DNA from: Candidatus Aquitaenariimonas noxiae
GTDB taxonomy: Bacteria > Omnitrophota > Gorgyraeia > Aquitaenariimonadales > Aquitaenariimonadaceae
DNA: 64,000 nucleotides
NCBI GenBank assembly: GCA_002780005.1
Contig: PEWV01000032.1
Span: forward strand, 8,123-72,122
Reading direction: 5' to 3'
Both the position numbers and the translations under genes were made by a program. The notes under the pieces are model-generated. The model saw nothing but the letters and a program-made list of their open reading frames with translations. It was not told the DNA's origin and did no database searches. Shown in pieces: positions 29,173 through 39,801 of this stretch; the stretch's first letter is position 1, and the number at the start of each line of letters is the position of its first letter.

Positions 29173-30094
29173 AAATATAGGTTTTGGTCATATCGCGAGA
29201 TGTCATTCTTTATATCAGGCCTTCCGCGAAAATGGATATTCACCAGAACTTATAATATTTAGCGATAATAGCATTGAAGGATTGTTAGACCACGCCCAGT
29301 ACCAAATCGTAAACTGGCTTAAAAAGCCCCATATTGTTTTTCAACTATTAAAAAGTGCTACCATGGCTATTATTGATTCCTACTTAGCAAAGAAATCTCT
29401 ATATTATAAAATTTCAGAGATAATGAATGGCAGGGTGGTAGCAATAGATGATTATAATAGAGTGGAATATCCAGCTGGAATTGTGCTTAATCCTTCTCTA
29501 TATGGCAATCGATTACATTATTCCAAAAGAGAAGGCGTAACATATCTATTGGGAAAAGATTATATACTGCTGCGAAGAGCTTTTTGGAATATCCCAAAGA
29601 AACACATTAATAGAAAAATTAGAAATATTTTAATTACCTTTGGCGGAACCAACCGCCATCGCTTGATTAACACAGTAACCCATTTTCTTAAAGAAGAATT
29701 TAACTGTAACTTCTACACTATTGGACCCCAGAAAAACATACATGACGCTCATGGCACGCTTAATTTAATGCTAAAAGCCGATATCTGCATTTCCGGCGGT
29801 GGCCAGACTATTCATGAATTAGCACGAGTTGGAGTGCCTACAATTGGAATCTGTTTTGCTGAAAACCAAAGGTATAGCTTACAAGAATGGCGCGATAGAG
29901 GATTTATTGAATATATAGGTTGGCATAAGAATAAGAAACTGTTATCTGATTTATCGAAGGGCATTAAGAAACTCAAGTCCCATAAGAAAAGATGTCAGCA
30001 ACATAAAATAGGAAAAGCGCTTGTGGACGGGAAGGGCGCAATGAGATTATTAAAAGTATTGGCTAATAAAAGATGGATAGGAAATATAGGTTGA
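29141..30094 (+). CDS. pseG: UDP-2,4-diacetamido-trideoxy-altropyranose hydrolase-like
   Basis: IGFGHIARC, IIDSY, ILITFGG, GGGQT.HE, AENQ, VDGKGA. Confidence 0.82.
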   Translation: MKIIILTEGGKNIGFGHIARCHSLYQAFRENGYSPELIIFSDNSIEGLLDHAQYQIVNWLKKPHIVFQLLKSATMAIIDSYLAKKSLYYKISEIMNGRVVAIDDYNRVEYPAGIVLNPSLYGNRLHYSKREGVTYLLGKDYILLRRAFWNIPKKHINRKIRNILITFGGTNRHRLINTVTHFLKEEFNCNFYTIGPQKNIHDAHGTLNLMLKADICISGGGQTIHELARVGVPTIGICFAENQRYSLQEWRDRGFIEYIGWHKNKKLLSDLSKGIKKLKSHKKRCQQHKIGKALVDGKGAMRLLKVLANKRWIGNIG

Positions 30095-30579
30095 AAATAA
30101 GAGAAGCAACAATGGAAGATTGTTATGATATGTGGATATGGAGGAATCGTCCAGCAGTAAGGAAATGGTGTTTTGATGCAAAAAAGATTAGTTATAAATC
30201 CCATAAAGAGTGGTTTGGAAAAGCGCATAATGACAAATATGTAAGAATATATATTGTTGAGAATGTAAAGAAAGAAAAAATAGGAACCGTGAGGTTTAAA
30301 ATAAAAATAAATAGACAAAATTGCGCCTATCTTAGTGTTTATCTAAACTCTCTTTTCTTGGGAAAAGGTTTTGGTCATAGGATTGTTAAAAAAGCTACTG
30401 ATTTTTTTCTCAAAGAGAAAGAGGGGGTTACGCATATTATCGCTGAAGTCTTTGAAGACAATATCGCCTCGCAGAGGGTATTTGAAAAAGCAAGTTATGT
30501 TTTAGTGAAAAGAATGACAAAGCAGAATAAGAAAATAAAAGTTTTTATGTATGAAAGAGGCTATGGATTTGGATATTAA
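30073..30579 (+). CDS. pseH: GNAT N-acetyltransferase (PseH role)
   Basis: W.WRN...VR, H.EWF, GKGFG, NIAS..VFEK; between pseG and pseI. Confidence 0.78.
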   Translation: MDRKYRLKIREATMEDCYDMWIWRNRPAVRKWCFDAKKISYKSHKEWFGKAHNDKYVRIYIVENVKKEKIGTVRFKIKINRQNCAYLSVYLNSLFLGKGFGHRIVKKATDFFLKEKEGVTHIIAEVFEDNIASQRVFEKASYVLVKRMTKQNKKIKVFMYERGYGFGY

Positions 30580-31591
30580 ATTTTTAAAAAATTGTTTTAT
30601 TGTCACCGAAATTTCTGCCAATCATTGTCGGAATTTTAAACAGGCGATTGCTTTAATAAAAAAAGCAAAGGAGTGCGGTGCTGATGCGGTGAAATTCCAG
30701 ACGTATACTCCAGACACTTTAACTATAGATGTAGATAATAAATATTTTAGGATAAAACACCCTAAATGGAAAGGGCAGACACTGTATCAATTGTACAGAA
30801 AGGCATATACGCCTTGGTTGTGGTTTAAAAAGTTAAAAAGGATAGCAGATAGCTTAGGGATTATATTTTATTCTACCGCTTTTGATAAAACTAGTGTTGA
30901 TTTTCTGGAAGAATTAAATGTGCCTATACATAAAATCTCCTCATTTGAATTGGTTGATTTACCTTTAATTGAATATGTTGCCAGGACAAAAAAACCGCTT
31001 ATGCTATCAACTGGAATGGCAACCTTATCCGAAGTTAAAGAAGCAGTTAATGCCGCGGAGAAAGCGGGAGCAAAAGATATAATTTTATTAAGATGCGTTA
31101 GCAATTATCCTGCCAAGCCAGAAGAAATGAATTTAAAAACCATTCTACATATGCAAAAGTTGTTTAAATGTCCTATTGGACTTTCAGATCACACATTGGG
31201 AATAGCGGTGTCACTTGCGGCAGTTTCCCTGGGTGCAAAAGTAATAGAAAAACATTTTATCCTATCGCGGAATATTAAAACACCAGATAGTTTTTTTTCC
31301 ATTGAGCCACAAGAACTATTAGAACTTGTTAGGAATATAAGAATTGTTGAGAAATCTTTGGGTAGGGTACATTATGGATCAACCGAAGGCGAAACAAAAA
31401 ACAAAGTTTTCAGGCGTTCTCTTTTTATAGTGAAAGATATTAAAAAAGGAGAAAAATTTACTGAAGAAAATATAAGGTCTATAAGACCAGCATATGGGAT
31501 CCATCCAAAATATTTTAAACATGTTATAGGCAAGAAAGCAAAAAGAGATATTAAAAAAGGCGCGCCTTTAAAATTGGAATTAGTGAGTTAG
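30551..31591 (+). CDS. pseI: Pseudaminic acid synthase
   Basis: EISANH, AVKFQTYTPDTLT, TLY.LY..A.TPW, GLSDHT, IEKHF, FRRSLF, SIRP.YG. Confidence 0.92.
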   Translation: MKEAMDLDIKFLKNCFIVTEISANHCRNFKQAIALIKKAKECGADAVKFQTYTPDTLTIDVDNKYFRIKHPKWKGQTLYQLYRKAYTPWLWFKKLKRIADSLGIIFYSTAFDKTSVDFLEELNVPIHKISSFELVDLPLIEYVARTKKPLMLSTGMATLSEVKEAVNAAEKAGAKDIILLRCVSNYPAKPEEMNLKTILHMQKLFKCPIGLSDHTLGIAVSLAAVSLGAKVIEKHFILSRNIKTPDSFFSIEPQELLELVRNIRIVEKSLGRVHYGSTEGETKNKVFRRSLFIVKDIKKGEKFTEENIRSIRPAYGIHPKYFKHVIGKKAKRDIKKGAPLKLELVS

Positions 31592-31709
31592 CGATAAGCG
31601 TTAGTTAACTTTTTCAAATATTTCTTGAAATTTTATAAGCCGTTTAGAAAAAAAGCTCTTTTTTATAAAACCCCTAATGATGACCAAAGAAAACAAAGGG
31701 AATTTATAG

Positions 31710-33422
31710 ATGGATTTATCCTTTTTCAAAAGATTTATAGAGTCATCGCCTACGCTATGGCGATTTTTGAGCAGAATTAGATTAATTTTAAATGGGCAAC
31801 CTCGATGGAAACCGGTGTTGGATAAAGATAGAACACGGTGGACCACATATATTAAGAAAGCAAAATTAGGGCCAAATATATTGATTGCAACAAGTTTAGG
31901 CTCTCATTTAGCAGCATCGAGATTGGAGAGTTTACTTGCAGTTGCTTTAACATTACGAGGGGCCTCGGTTTCTATTTTGCTATGTGATTCTGCTTTGCCA
32001 GCATGTCAAGAAGCAGATGTCGGGAGGTGTCCAAACAGAAAACATTTTATCCGCTATGGCCCACGAAGAGATTTGTGTATAGGGTGTTTTTCGCCGGCGT
32101 ATAAGATGTATCGATCTCTCGGTATCAATGTCTTTCGATATAGCGAATTTATTACAGCGGATGAATTAGCCAATGTCCATAATATTTCATCTACATTACC
32201 GCTTGAAGACATTCAGAATTATAGATTGGATGGTTTATCCATTGGGGAGCATGCCTTGGCGGGAGCGCTGAGATTTTTGGCCAGAGGGACACTTGACAAC
32301 GAACCTTATGCAGAATCAATTCTGCGGCAGTATCTCAAAGCTGCCTTAATAACTGTTTATGTTATGCAGCATCTACTAGAAAAAAGCCATTTTGAGCATG
32401 CGGTATTTCATCATGGAATTTATGTTCCTCAAGGATTAATTAGAGAGGTGTGTCACCACTCTGGCGTCCGAGTGGTTAATTGGGATCCAGCATATCGAAA
32501 AAACTGCTTTATTTTTGGTCACGGTGATAATTCTTTTCGCACTATTATGACAGAACCCGTAGAAAAATGGATAAATATTCAATGGGGTTCTGGGTTAGAA
32601 ACAGAGTTGATGAGATATCTAAAAAGTCGTTCATATGGTACTCAAGATTGGATTTGTGTTCATCATAAAACTTCTAAAGAAGACTTAAATACTATCGCTG
32701 CTAAAATAGGGGTAGATTTTTCAAAACCTTGTATTGGCATGCTTACTAATGTAATGTGGGATGCACAGATCTACTACCAAAATAATATATTTAAGAATAT
32801 GTTGGAATGGGCCTTGGAAACAATTGAATATTTTGCAAAACGTCCCGAGTTGCAACTGCTGGTCCGCGTACATCCAGCAGAAATTCTAGGTATCATGACT
32901 TCTAAGCAGCTGTTTATTGAAGAGATAAAAAAAGTTTTTCCTGTATTGCCGAAAAATGTCTTTATTATTCCACCCGAAAGTCCAATCAGTACTTATGCGG
33001 CTATGCTGCAGTGTAATGCTGTAATTATTTATTCCACAACAGCAGGGATGGAACTGGCAGCTTTAGGAATTCCTATAATTGTTGGGGGTGGGACCTGGTT
33101 TCGAAATAAAGGGATTGGAATGGCAGCTGATTCTAAGGAAGATTATTTCAGGCTACTTAACCGGTTGCCTTTAAAGCACCGATTAAAAAATGATTTAATT
33201 GAGCAGGCACGGAAATATACATTTCACCTTTTCTTTCGGAGAACGATTCCTATAAAGTTTGCGAAAGAATCTGTTTTTCACTCTTTTGTACAGACCCCAT
33301 ACGTGATAAATGTACAGAATATCAGTGAATTATTGCCGGGCCAAGATAAAGGACTTGATATAATTTGTGATGGCATACTTTATGGGAAAGATTTTATTTA
33401 TCCTGCAGAATTATATATATAG
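31710..33422 (+). CDS. Capsule biosynthesis KpsS-like protein, candidate nonulosonate transferase
   Basis: TNVMWDA, LLVRVHPAE (HP motif), YSTTAGMELAALG resemble the KpsS/KpsC-type C-terminal domain; follows pseI. Confidence 0.65.
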   Translation: MDLSFFKRFIESSPTLWRFLSRIRLILNGQPRWKPVLDKDRTRWTTYIKKAKLGPNILIATSLGSHLAASRLESLLAVALTLRGASVSILLCDSALPACQEADVGRCPNRKHFIRYGPRRDLCIGCFSPAYKMYRSLGINVFRYSEFITADELANVHNISSTLPLEDIQNYRLDGLSIGEHALAGALRFLARGTLDNEPYAESILRQYLKAALITVYVMQHLLEKSHFEHAVFHHGIYVPQGLIREVCHHSGVRVVNWDPAYRKNCFIFGHGDNSFRTIMTEPVEKWINIQWGSGLETELMRYLKSRSYGTQDWICVHHKTSKEDLNTIAAKIGVDFSKPCIGMLTNVMWDAQIYYQNNIFKNMLEWALETIEYFAKRPELQLLVRVHPAEILGIMTSKQLFIEEIKKVFPVLPKNVFIIPPESPISTYAAMLQCNAVIIYSTTAGMELAALGIPIIVGGGTWFRNKGIGMAADSKEDYFRLLNRLPLKHRLKNDLIEQARKYTFHLFFRRTIPIKFAKESVFHSFVQTPYVINVQNISELLPGQDKGLDIICDGILYGKDFIYPAELYI

Positions 33423-33431
33423 AATTTAAAG

Positions 33432-34763
33432 ATGAAAGAAAATCCTAAGATTGTCATTATCGGCTCTGGTCCCTGTGGAATAGGTGCGGGATGGCACCTT
33501 TTTAAAAATGGATATAATAATTGGGTAATCTATGAGAAAAATGCCTATCCGGGGGGGTTATCAGCAAGTTTTAAAGATGCAAAGGGTTTTACCTGGGATA
33601 TAGGAGGGCATGTTTTATTCTCTCATTATAAAGAGTTTAGTGGATTTTTAGAAGAGGTCTTAGAAAAAAAATATTTAGTACATAATAGAAACTCCTGGGT
33701 TAGGGCGATTGAGAGCTGGATTCCATATCCATTTCAAAATAATATCCATTATTTACCTCAAAAAGAGTTTGAAGAATGTTTTAAAGGTCTTGAAGAACGT
33801 TCCTGTGGGATTTGCAAAGTAAGTAATTTTCAGGAATGGATAGAAACTAACTTTGGTAAAGGGATTTCAAAATATTTTATGATATCGATGAATCAAAAAA
33901 TGTGGTCTTATCCTTTAGACAAGATGTCCACGCAATGGATAGATGAAAGGATAAGCCCTGTAAGCTTAGAAGCAATAAGGCAGAATATGAAGGGCAATAA
34001 AATAGACAGTAGCTGGGGACCAAATAGTACTTTTATCTACCCTTTTTTTGGTGGTATAGGCGAGGTCTTCAGAAGAGCGGTAGTTAAATTCAGGGATAAG
34101 GTGAGGCTAGAAAACCAAGTTTATAAAATAGATTTAGACTCTAAAAAAATATTTTTTAAGAATGGAATGGAAGATAAATTTGATATTTTAGTAAACACCT
34201 CGAACCTTATAGATTTCATTAATATTCTCTACCCACAAAATCCCAGCATTGTCAAAGCTTCAAAAAGACTAAAATACAATAGGCTCTTTATCGTAGGCAT
34301 TGGTCTTAGGAGAGAAAGAAAAGACCCAAGAACCTGGATATATTTTCCTGAAGAAAAATATATTTTCTATAGGGTAACTAACCTCTCAAATTACTCACCT
34401 TATAATGTTCCCAATGGTCATATGCAGAGTTATTCTTCTTTGCTTACAGAGATTACCTTGTCCGAAAATGCACCGGCGAATAGAAAATTCTTTATAGAAG
34501 AAACTGTAAAGGGCTTGATAGATACAGGTATGCTCTCAAAAGCTGATGAAAGTTTAATAGAAAGTATTTTTTCCTTAGAGGTAGAAAATGCTTATCCTAT
34601 ACCCACAGTAGACAGGGATGAGGTTCTATATAAAATTAATGAATTCCTTGAGTCTCAAAACATCTATTCCCGAGGTAGATTTGGTTCCTTCAAGTATGAG
34701 AGGGGGAATATGGATGACTGTTTTATGCAAGGATTTGAGATTGCCCACAGAATGGTGATTTGA
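33432..34763 (+). CDS. FAD-dependent oxidoreductase (UDP-galactopyranose mutase-like)
   Basis: IIGSGPCG, GFTWDIGGHVLFSHY, PYPFQNNI, SWGPN.TF.YP, SRGRFG..KYE.GNMD. Confidence 0.8.
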   Translation: MKENPKIVIIGSGPCGIGAGWHLFKNGYNNWVIYEKNAYPGGLSASFKDAKGFTWDIGGHVLFSHYKEFSGFLEEVLEKKYLVHNRNSWVRAIESWIPYPFQNNIHYLPQKEFEECFKGLEERSCGICKVSNFQEWIETNFGKGISKYFMISMNQKMWSYPLDKMSTQWIDERISPVSLEAIRQNMKGNKIDSSWGPNSTFIYPFFGGIGEVFRRAVVKFRDKVRLENQVYKIDLDSKKIFFKNGMEDKFDILVNTSNLIDFINILYPQNPSIVKASKRLKYNRLFIVGIGLRRERKDPRTWIYFPEEKYIFYRVTNLSNYSPYNVPNGHMQSYSSLLTEITLSENAPANRKFFIEETVKGLIDTGMLSKADESLIESIFSLEVENAYPIPTVDRDEVLYKINEFLESQNIYSRGRFGSFKYERGNMDDCFMQGFEIAHRMVI

Positions 34764-34765
34764 AA

Positions 34766-35776
34766 ATGAAGTTTTCTATAATAATTCCTGTGCACAACGA
34801 GCAAGATAAGCTGAAACCCTGCCTGGACGCTATATTTTCTTCCGAAACCAAAGATTTCGAAGTTATTGTCGTAGATGATAAAAGTACCGATAAATCTGTT
34901 GAAATTGCTGAAATGTATCCCTGCAAATTAATAACCCTGGGGGAAAATAAAAGGGCAGCTTATGCAAGGAATATAGGAAGAGCTAATTCTGAGGGCGACA
35001 TTTTTGTATTTATAGACGCCGATGTAATAATAAAAAAAGATACTTTAGATGTCATATGGCAGAGTTTCAAAGAAAATAATGACATAGCTGCTGTCACCGG
35101 TATTCTTTCTAAAGACTGCCCTTATAAAAATTTTTTCAGTCAATATAAAAATCTCTATATGAATTATGTCTTTAGAAAATGCCCGAAATATATCGATTTT
35201 CTCTATGGCTCAATTATTGCTATAAAGAAAGAACATTATTTGCCGTTTAATGAGGGGTTTAAAATTACCGACGATACAGAGCTAGGGCAAAGATATAAAG
35301 AATTAAATAAAAAAATACTCTTAAACCCTAGCCTAGAGGTAATACATAGTAAAAGGTATAATTTTAAGACAATTATAAAAAACGATTTTTTTGTTCCGTT
35401 CTGGTGGTCAAAGTCTTTCATATTGCACAGGGGTTATTGGGATATTTTTCGAAAGAAAAGATTTGCCCATGCCCGAGTAAGCCAGATAATAAGCGTTTTG
35501 GTGTCATGTTTTTTGCTCATCTCTTTATTTTTTCAATGGAATCCAATAGCACGGCACATCTTTCTTAGCCTTCTATTTTTATTCATACTTCTGAGTTATA
35601 ATTTTTTTCTTTTTCTATATAAAGAGAAAGGTTTTCTATTCTTGCTAAAATCTATTATATTTACATATCTAGATATGTTGGTAATGGGCTTAGGAATATT
35701 AACAGGGTTTATCGATTGTTTGGTTAAAGGTTTCTGTAAGAGAAGTAAGAGATTGTTTAAAACTTCAATACAGTGA
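34766..35776 (+). CDS. GT2 glycosyltransferase with C-terminal TM helices
   Basis: SIIIPVHN, VVDDKSTD, FIDAD, DDTELG; hydrophobic C-terminus. Confidence 0.9.
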   Translation: MKFSIIIPVHNEQDKLKPCLDAIFSSETKDFEVIVVDDKSTDKSVEIAEMYPCKLITLGENKRAAYARNIGRANSEGDIFVFIDADVIIKKDTLDVIWQSFKENNDIAAVTGILSKDCPYKNFFSQYKNLYMNYVFRKCPKYIDFLYGSIIAIKKEHYLPFNEGFKITDDTELGQRYKELNKKILLNPSLEVIHSKRYNFKTIIKNDFFVPFWWSKSFILHRGYWDIFRKKRFAHARVSQIISVLVSCFLLISLFFQWNPIARHIFLSLLFLFILLSYNFFLFLYKEKGFLFLLKSIIFTYLDMLVMGLGILTGFIDCLVKGFCKRSKRLFKTSIQ

Positions 35777-35826
35777 CCGAGTAATCAATTGCAATTATTC
35801 TTAAAAAATATAATTATGTTAAGATA

Positions 35827-36969
35827 ATGCCTAAACTAAAAATTCTTTTTATAACCGAATACTACCCTTACGAAGAAAACATCAGAGGTCTGTTTATTAA
35901 GGAACATGCTAAAGCGGCAAGTCTCTACAATGAGGTGATAGTAATTAATGGTTTAGAGGTTGAAAAACCAACAAAAAAATTATATAAAATCAATGACACA
36001 ATAAATGGAGGCATTAGAGAAATACATATATGCTACTATGCACCAAGGCCCTTCCCAAAAATTTTCTATCCTGTCTATTTATGGGCTTTACTCAAAATTG
36101 TCAAAAAATTGTTGAATGAAGGCTTTATGTTTGATGTTATTCATGCACATGAATATTTTTCTGCTTTTCCGGCTATATTATTGAGCAGATATTTTCGGAT
36201 ACCGCTAGTAATCACCGAACATTTCAGTTACTTTCCATTAGGAGCGATGAAAGGCTTGAAACTTTTGAAAGCACGATTGGTAATGAATCGGGCAAATGTA
36301 ATATTGCCGGTAAGCTATGCGCTGCAGAAAGCTATTGAGGGTTGTGGTATTCGCGGTAATTTTGAGATAATTCCCAATACTGTAGATACTCGTCTGTTCT
36401 ATACGAGTAGAAAAAAAGATGAAGATAAACAGATGAAAAAAATATTGTTTGTAGGTTTGCTCAAACCTACAAAAGGCATTTTTTGTCTCATTGAGGCTTT
36501 AGCGAAAGTTAACGAGATGCGGCATGATTTTAAACTGGATATAGTTGGAGATGGACCATGTCGAGCAATACATGAAAGACAAGCAAAAGATTTAGGGCTT
36601 GAAGACAAAGTTATTTTTCATGGGTTAAAAACTAAAAAAGAGGTTAGTCAATTTATGATGGAAGCAGATTTTTTTGTTTTACCTAGCGAATGGGAAAATC
36701 TGCCGTGCGTCTTGATTGAAGCAATGGCATCAGGTTTGCCTGTTATTGCGACCAAAGTAGGCGGTATTCCTGAAATGGTAACCGAGAAGGCCGGAAAATT
36801 AGTGTCGCCTAAGAATTCCAATGCCCTGGCAGAGGCAATAAATTATATGCTGGACCACTATATAGATTATTCATCCGAAGAAATTGCCATGTATGCAGAG
36901 GAAAGATACAGTTATAAAACGGTGGGGAAGGCTTTAGATAGGGTGTATAGAGATTTAAGCAAAGAGTAG
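35827..36969 (+). CDS. GT4 glycosyltransferase
   Basis: DVIHAH, FVLPSEWENLPCVLIEAMASGLPVIATKVGGIPE. Confidence 0.92.
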   Translation: MPKLKILFITEYYPYEENIRGLFIKEHAKAASLYNEVIVINGLEVEKPTKKLYKINDTINGGIREIHICYYAPRPFPKIFYPVYLWALLKIVKKLLNEGFMFDVIHAHEYFSAFPAILLSRYFRIPLVITEHFSYFPLGAMKGLKLLKARLVMNRANVILPVSYALQKAIEGCGIRGNFEIIPNTVDTRLFYTSRKKDEDKQMKKILFVGLLKPTKGIFCLIEALAKVNEMRHDFKLDIVGDGPCRAIHERQAKDLGLEDKVIFHGLKTKKEVSQFMMEADFFVLPSEWENLPCVLIEAMASGLPVIATKVGGIPEMVTEKAGKLVSPKNSNALAEAINYMLDHYIDYSSEEIAMYAEERYSYKTVGKALDRVYRDLSKE

Positions 36970-37030
36970 CTAATATGCAGAATGCAATCATGACAGATAC
37001 GCATAGGTGATAGAATCTTAAAAGATTAAA

Positions 37031-38587
37031 ATGATAAAAGTGTGTTTAATCTCTTTATATGAAGATATAAGTTCTAATGGGATACGATACTTATCTTCAT
37101 ATTTAAAATCTAACGGCGTTGCAGTAAATATGATATTTATGCCTGCAGATATTTCTGATTTTTGTTATAAAGGAAAAAATGATACAAAGAAAGAAATAAA
37201 CATATTAAAGAACTTATTAAATCAGCTTTCCCCCGATCTGATAGGAATAGGTGTTATGGCTAATTATTTTAACAGAGCAGTTCGCATAACAACAGAAATA
37301 AAGAAAGATTTTGATATTTCTGTTATTTATGGAGGTATTCATGCAACAATGTGCCCTGAAGAATGTTTGGAATATGCAGATATAGTCTGTGTAGGTGAAG
37401 CTGAAGAAACGATGACAGAGTTGTGCAAGTCTAAAAATAATCCAGATGCATTAAGGGATATTAAAGGGATATATTACAAACTAGGTGATAAAGTAAAAAA
37501 GAACGAAATTAGGCCTTTAGAAGAAGATTTAGATAAATATCCTTTTCCAGATTATTCGTTAACGGGAGACTTCTTGATTTTAAATAATAAGCTAGAGCGT
37601 ATTCAAAAGAATCACATGGAGAGCTTATTACCTTTGCATCCTTTTGGTGTTGTCACATATAGGCTGATGAGCTCTCGAGGATGTCCTTTTTCATGTACAT
37701 ATTGTTGTAATGAGGCACTTCGGCAAATCTATTCTGGAAAAGGGAAATATCTCAGAGAGAGAAGTGTAAAAAATGTTATTAATGAAATGCTGACTGTAAA
37801 AAATAAATTTAATATACAGGCTTTTCGGATTATGGATGATTCTTTTTTACATCATTCTCTTGAGTGGTTTAAAGAATTCAATAAACTGTATAAATCTAGC
37901 GTTAATTCGCCATTTAGTTGCTTATCAAGTCCCGGCAATGTAACTGTTGAAAAAATGAAGCTATTAGTCGATTCCGGCTTAAGACATATTCAAATAGGGT
38001 TGCAGAGTGGAAGCGATAGAATTAACTTCGAGCTCTATAAAAGAAAGATAAGCAGCGAAAAAACGCTCGCGGTGCTCAACATAATTAATTCACTAAATCC
38101 AAAGCCAAAGGTAGACTTAGATATTATTTTCGATAATCCTTTTGAATCTGATTTAGATAAGATTCAGACAATATATTTTCTGTGTAAAATAAACAAAATG
38201 CAAAATGTGCTATTAGCCTGCTATAGTTTAGTTTTTTATCCTAAAACACAAATATATTATAAAGCAATAGAAGAGGGCATTATCCATGAGAAAGATAGGA
38301 AGAAAGCATATACTCAAGATTTCAGAAAGATTAAGAATACTTTTTTAAATAATTTATGTTTAGGTGCTTCACTTTACAAGTTTTCACCTAAATCGGTTAA
38401 TTTCTTTTTAAAATATAAAGTCTTATATTTCCCTTTTCTGATAGCACAAAAAGCTATTTCTTTCATAAAAAAATTACTTAGTTTTTCACGTAATGTACGA
38501 AGAAGAAAAAGCAAAAAACTCCCACTATTATCCTCAACATTAATAACAAAAACAATATTCCTTGACTCAAAGTTAGAAAAGACATAG
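37031..38587 (+). CDS. Cobalamin-binding radical SAM protein
   Basis: GGIHATMCPE, VGEAEE, SRGCPFSCTYC, DDSF, GLQSGS. Confidence 0.9.
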   Translation: MIKVCLISLYEDISSNGIRYLSSYLKSNGVAVNMIFMPADISDFCYKGKNDTKKEINILKNLLNQLSPDLIGIGVMANYFNRAVRITTEIKKDFDISVIYGGIHATMCPEECLEYADIVCVGEAEETMTELCKSKNNPDALRDIKGIYYKLGDKVKKNEIRPLEEDLDKYPFPDYSLTGDFLILNNKLERIQKNHMESLLPLHPFGVVTYRLMSSRGCPFSCTYCCNEALRQIYSGKGKYLRERSVKNVINEMLTVKNKFNIQAFRIMDDSFLHHSLEWFKEFNKLYKSSVNSPFSCLSSPGNVTVEKMKLLVDSGLRHIQIGLQSGSDRINFELYKRKISSEKTLAVLNIINSLNPKPKVDLDIIFDNPFESDLDKIQTIYFLCKINKMQNVLLACYSLVFYPKTQIYYKAIEEGIIHEKDRKKAYTQDFRKIKNTFLNNLCLGASLYKFSPKSVNFFLKYKVLYFPFLIAQKAISFIKKLLSFSRNVRRRKSKKLPLLSSTLITKTIFLDSKLEKT

Positions 38588-38690
38588 CGATAGTTGTGAT
38601 ATCGATATTATTGTCTTATCTAACGATGAGGAGATTCCTTGACGCCGAAAAGGAGCTATCGAAAAATATTGAAAAGCTAACTTTATGTAG

Positions 38691-39758
38691 TTATAAATTT
38701 ATTTTTGAAAAAATCTTTGAAATAATAGGAACACGGACCTCTCGATAAAATCCTAACCTGTTGCATTCTCTACAACTAGGCAAAGAGCCCCTTTTTATCT
38801 CTTTTCTTAGCTTTACGCGTCTTTCAGAAAACCAAATCTCCGGCCCATCAACTAGGCAGTTCCCATATTCATAGTAATATAAAAATTCGCATGGAAAAAA
38901 GTTTCCCCAAGGGTCTATAAGAATGGTTGTTTTAGTCCTGTTGCAGTCGCGATATAGCAGAGGACATAATTTATTTAATAGATACCTGAGGCACTGTTCA
39001 ATTTTTATAAAGAGTACATTTCGATTTGTTTTTTCTTTGTAAGTTCTCAAAAGATAATAATATCTTGACCAAATTTCCTCTTTTTCTTTAAGCGTAAGCA
39101 GCAAGCAATCCGGGTCTATGGCTCTATGGCATCCTATTCTTTTGCCTTCGAAGTAAGTATCTTTTAAACTTTTATTAAAATCGACCAAAAAAAGTAATTT
39201 AAAATCAGCGTTTTTTTCTTTTGCAAACAGATACATTTCTTTTAAATGAATATAATTTTTTTTAGACATTACAGGCCATATTGATACCACGGGATGTTGC
39301 TTGTTTTGTTTTTTCTTCTCTTTCTGGAGAGCATCTATTCCTTTTGATGCTTCTAAAAAAGCCCCTTTTCCTCTCATTAAATCATGATATTTTTCCGGGC
39401 CGTCTATTGAAAACCTTATGCGGTGAAGTTCGCCTTTAACTAATTCTTTTGCCACGGACTCATTTATTAAAGTTCCATTGGTAACAATTTCCGTGAACGC
39501 TGAAGGAGAAATTTCCCTGATTATTTCTGGCAGGTCTTCTCTTAGCAGGGGTTCACCGCCCAAAAATCTGACACAATTGACACCAAAATGAGATTTATAA
39601 GTTTTGAAAGTATCAATAATCTCCTTGGTGGTTAATTCCGGCTTGTCGCTACGTTCATCGAGCTTCCATACATTGCACATTCTGCACCTAAGATTGCACT
39701 TGTATGTGATATCAAACGTTAAAGTTGTAGGGTAGCCCCGGCTTTTATTTTTTATCAT
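38691..39758 (-). CDS. Radical SAM protein with SPASM/twitch-like C-terminus
   Basis: CNLRCRMC, GGEPLLR, VTNGTL, SIDG...HD..RG, C-terminal C...IDPWG..FPC...CREC. Confidence 0.88.
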   Translation of the reverse strand: MIKNKSRGYPTTLTFDITYKCNLRCRMCNVWKLDERSDKPELTTKEIIDTFKTYKSHFGVNCVRFLGGEPLLREDLPEIIREISPSAFTEIVTNGTLINESVAKELVKGELHRIRFSIDGPEKYHDLMRGKGAFLEASKGIDALQKEKKKQNKQHPVVSIWPVMSKKNYIHLKEMYLFAKEKNADFKLLFLVDFNKSLKDTYFEGKRIGCHRAIDPDCLLLTLKEKEEIWSRYYYLLRTYKEKTNRNVLFIKIEQCLRYLLNKLCPLLYRDCNRTKTTILIDPWGNFFPCEFLYYYEYGNCLVDGPEIWFSERRVKLRKEIKRGSLPSCRECNRLGFYREVRVPIISKIFSKINL

Positions 39759-39801
39759 ATTATTATCCTAACCTTATTTTAAGCCTCTAAGCCCGAGTAT
39801 C

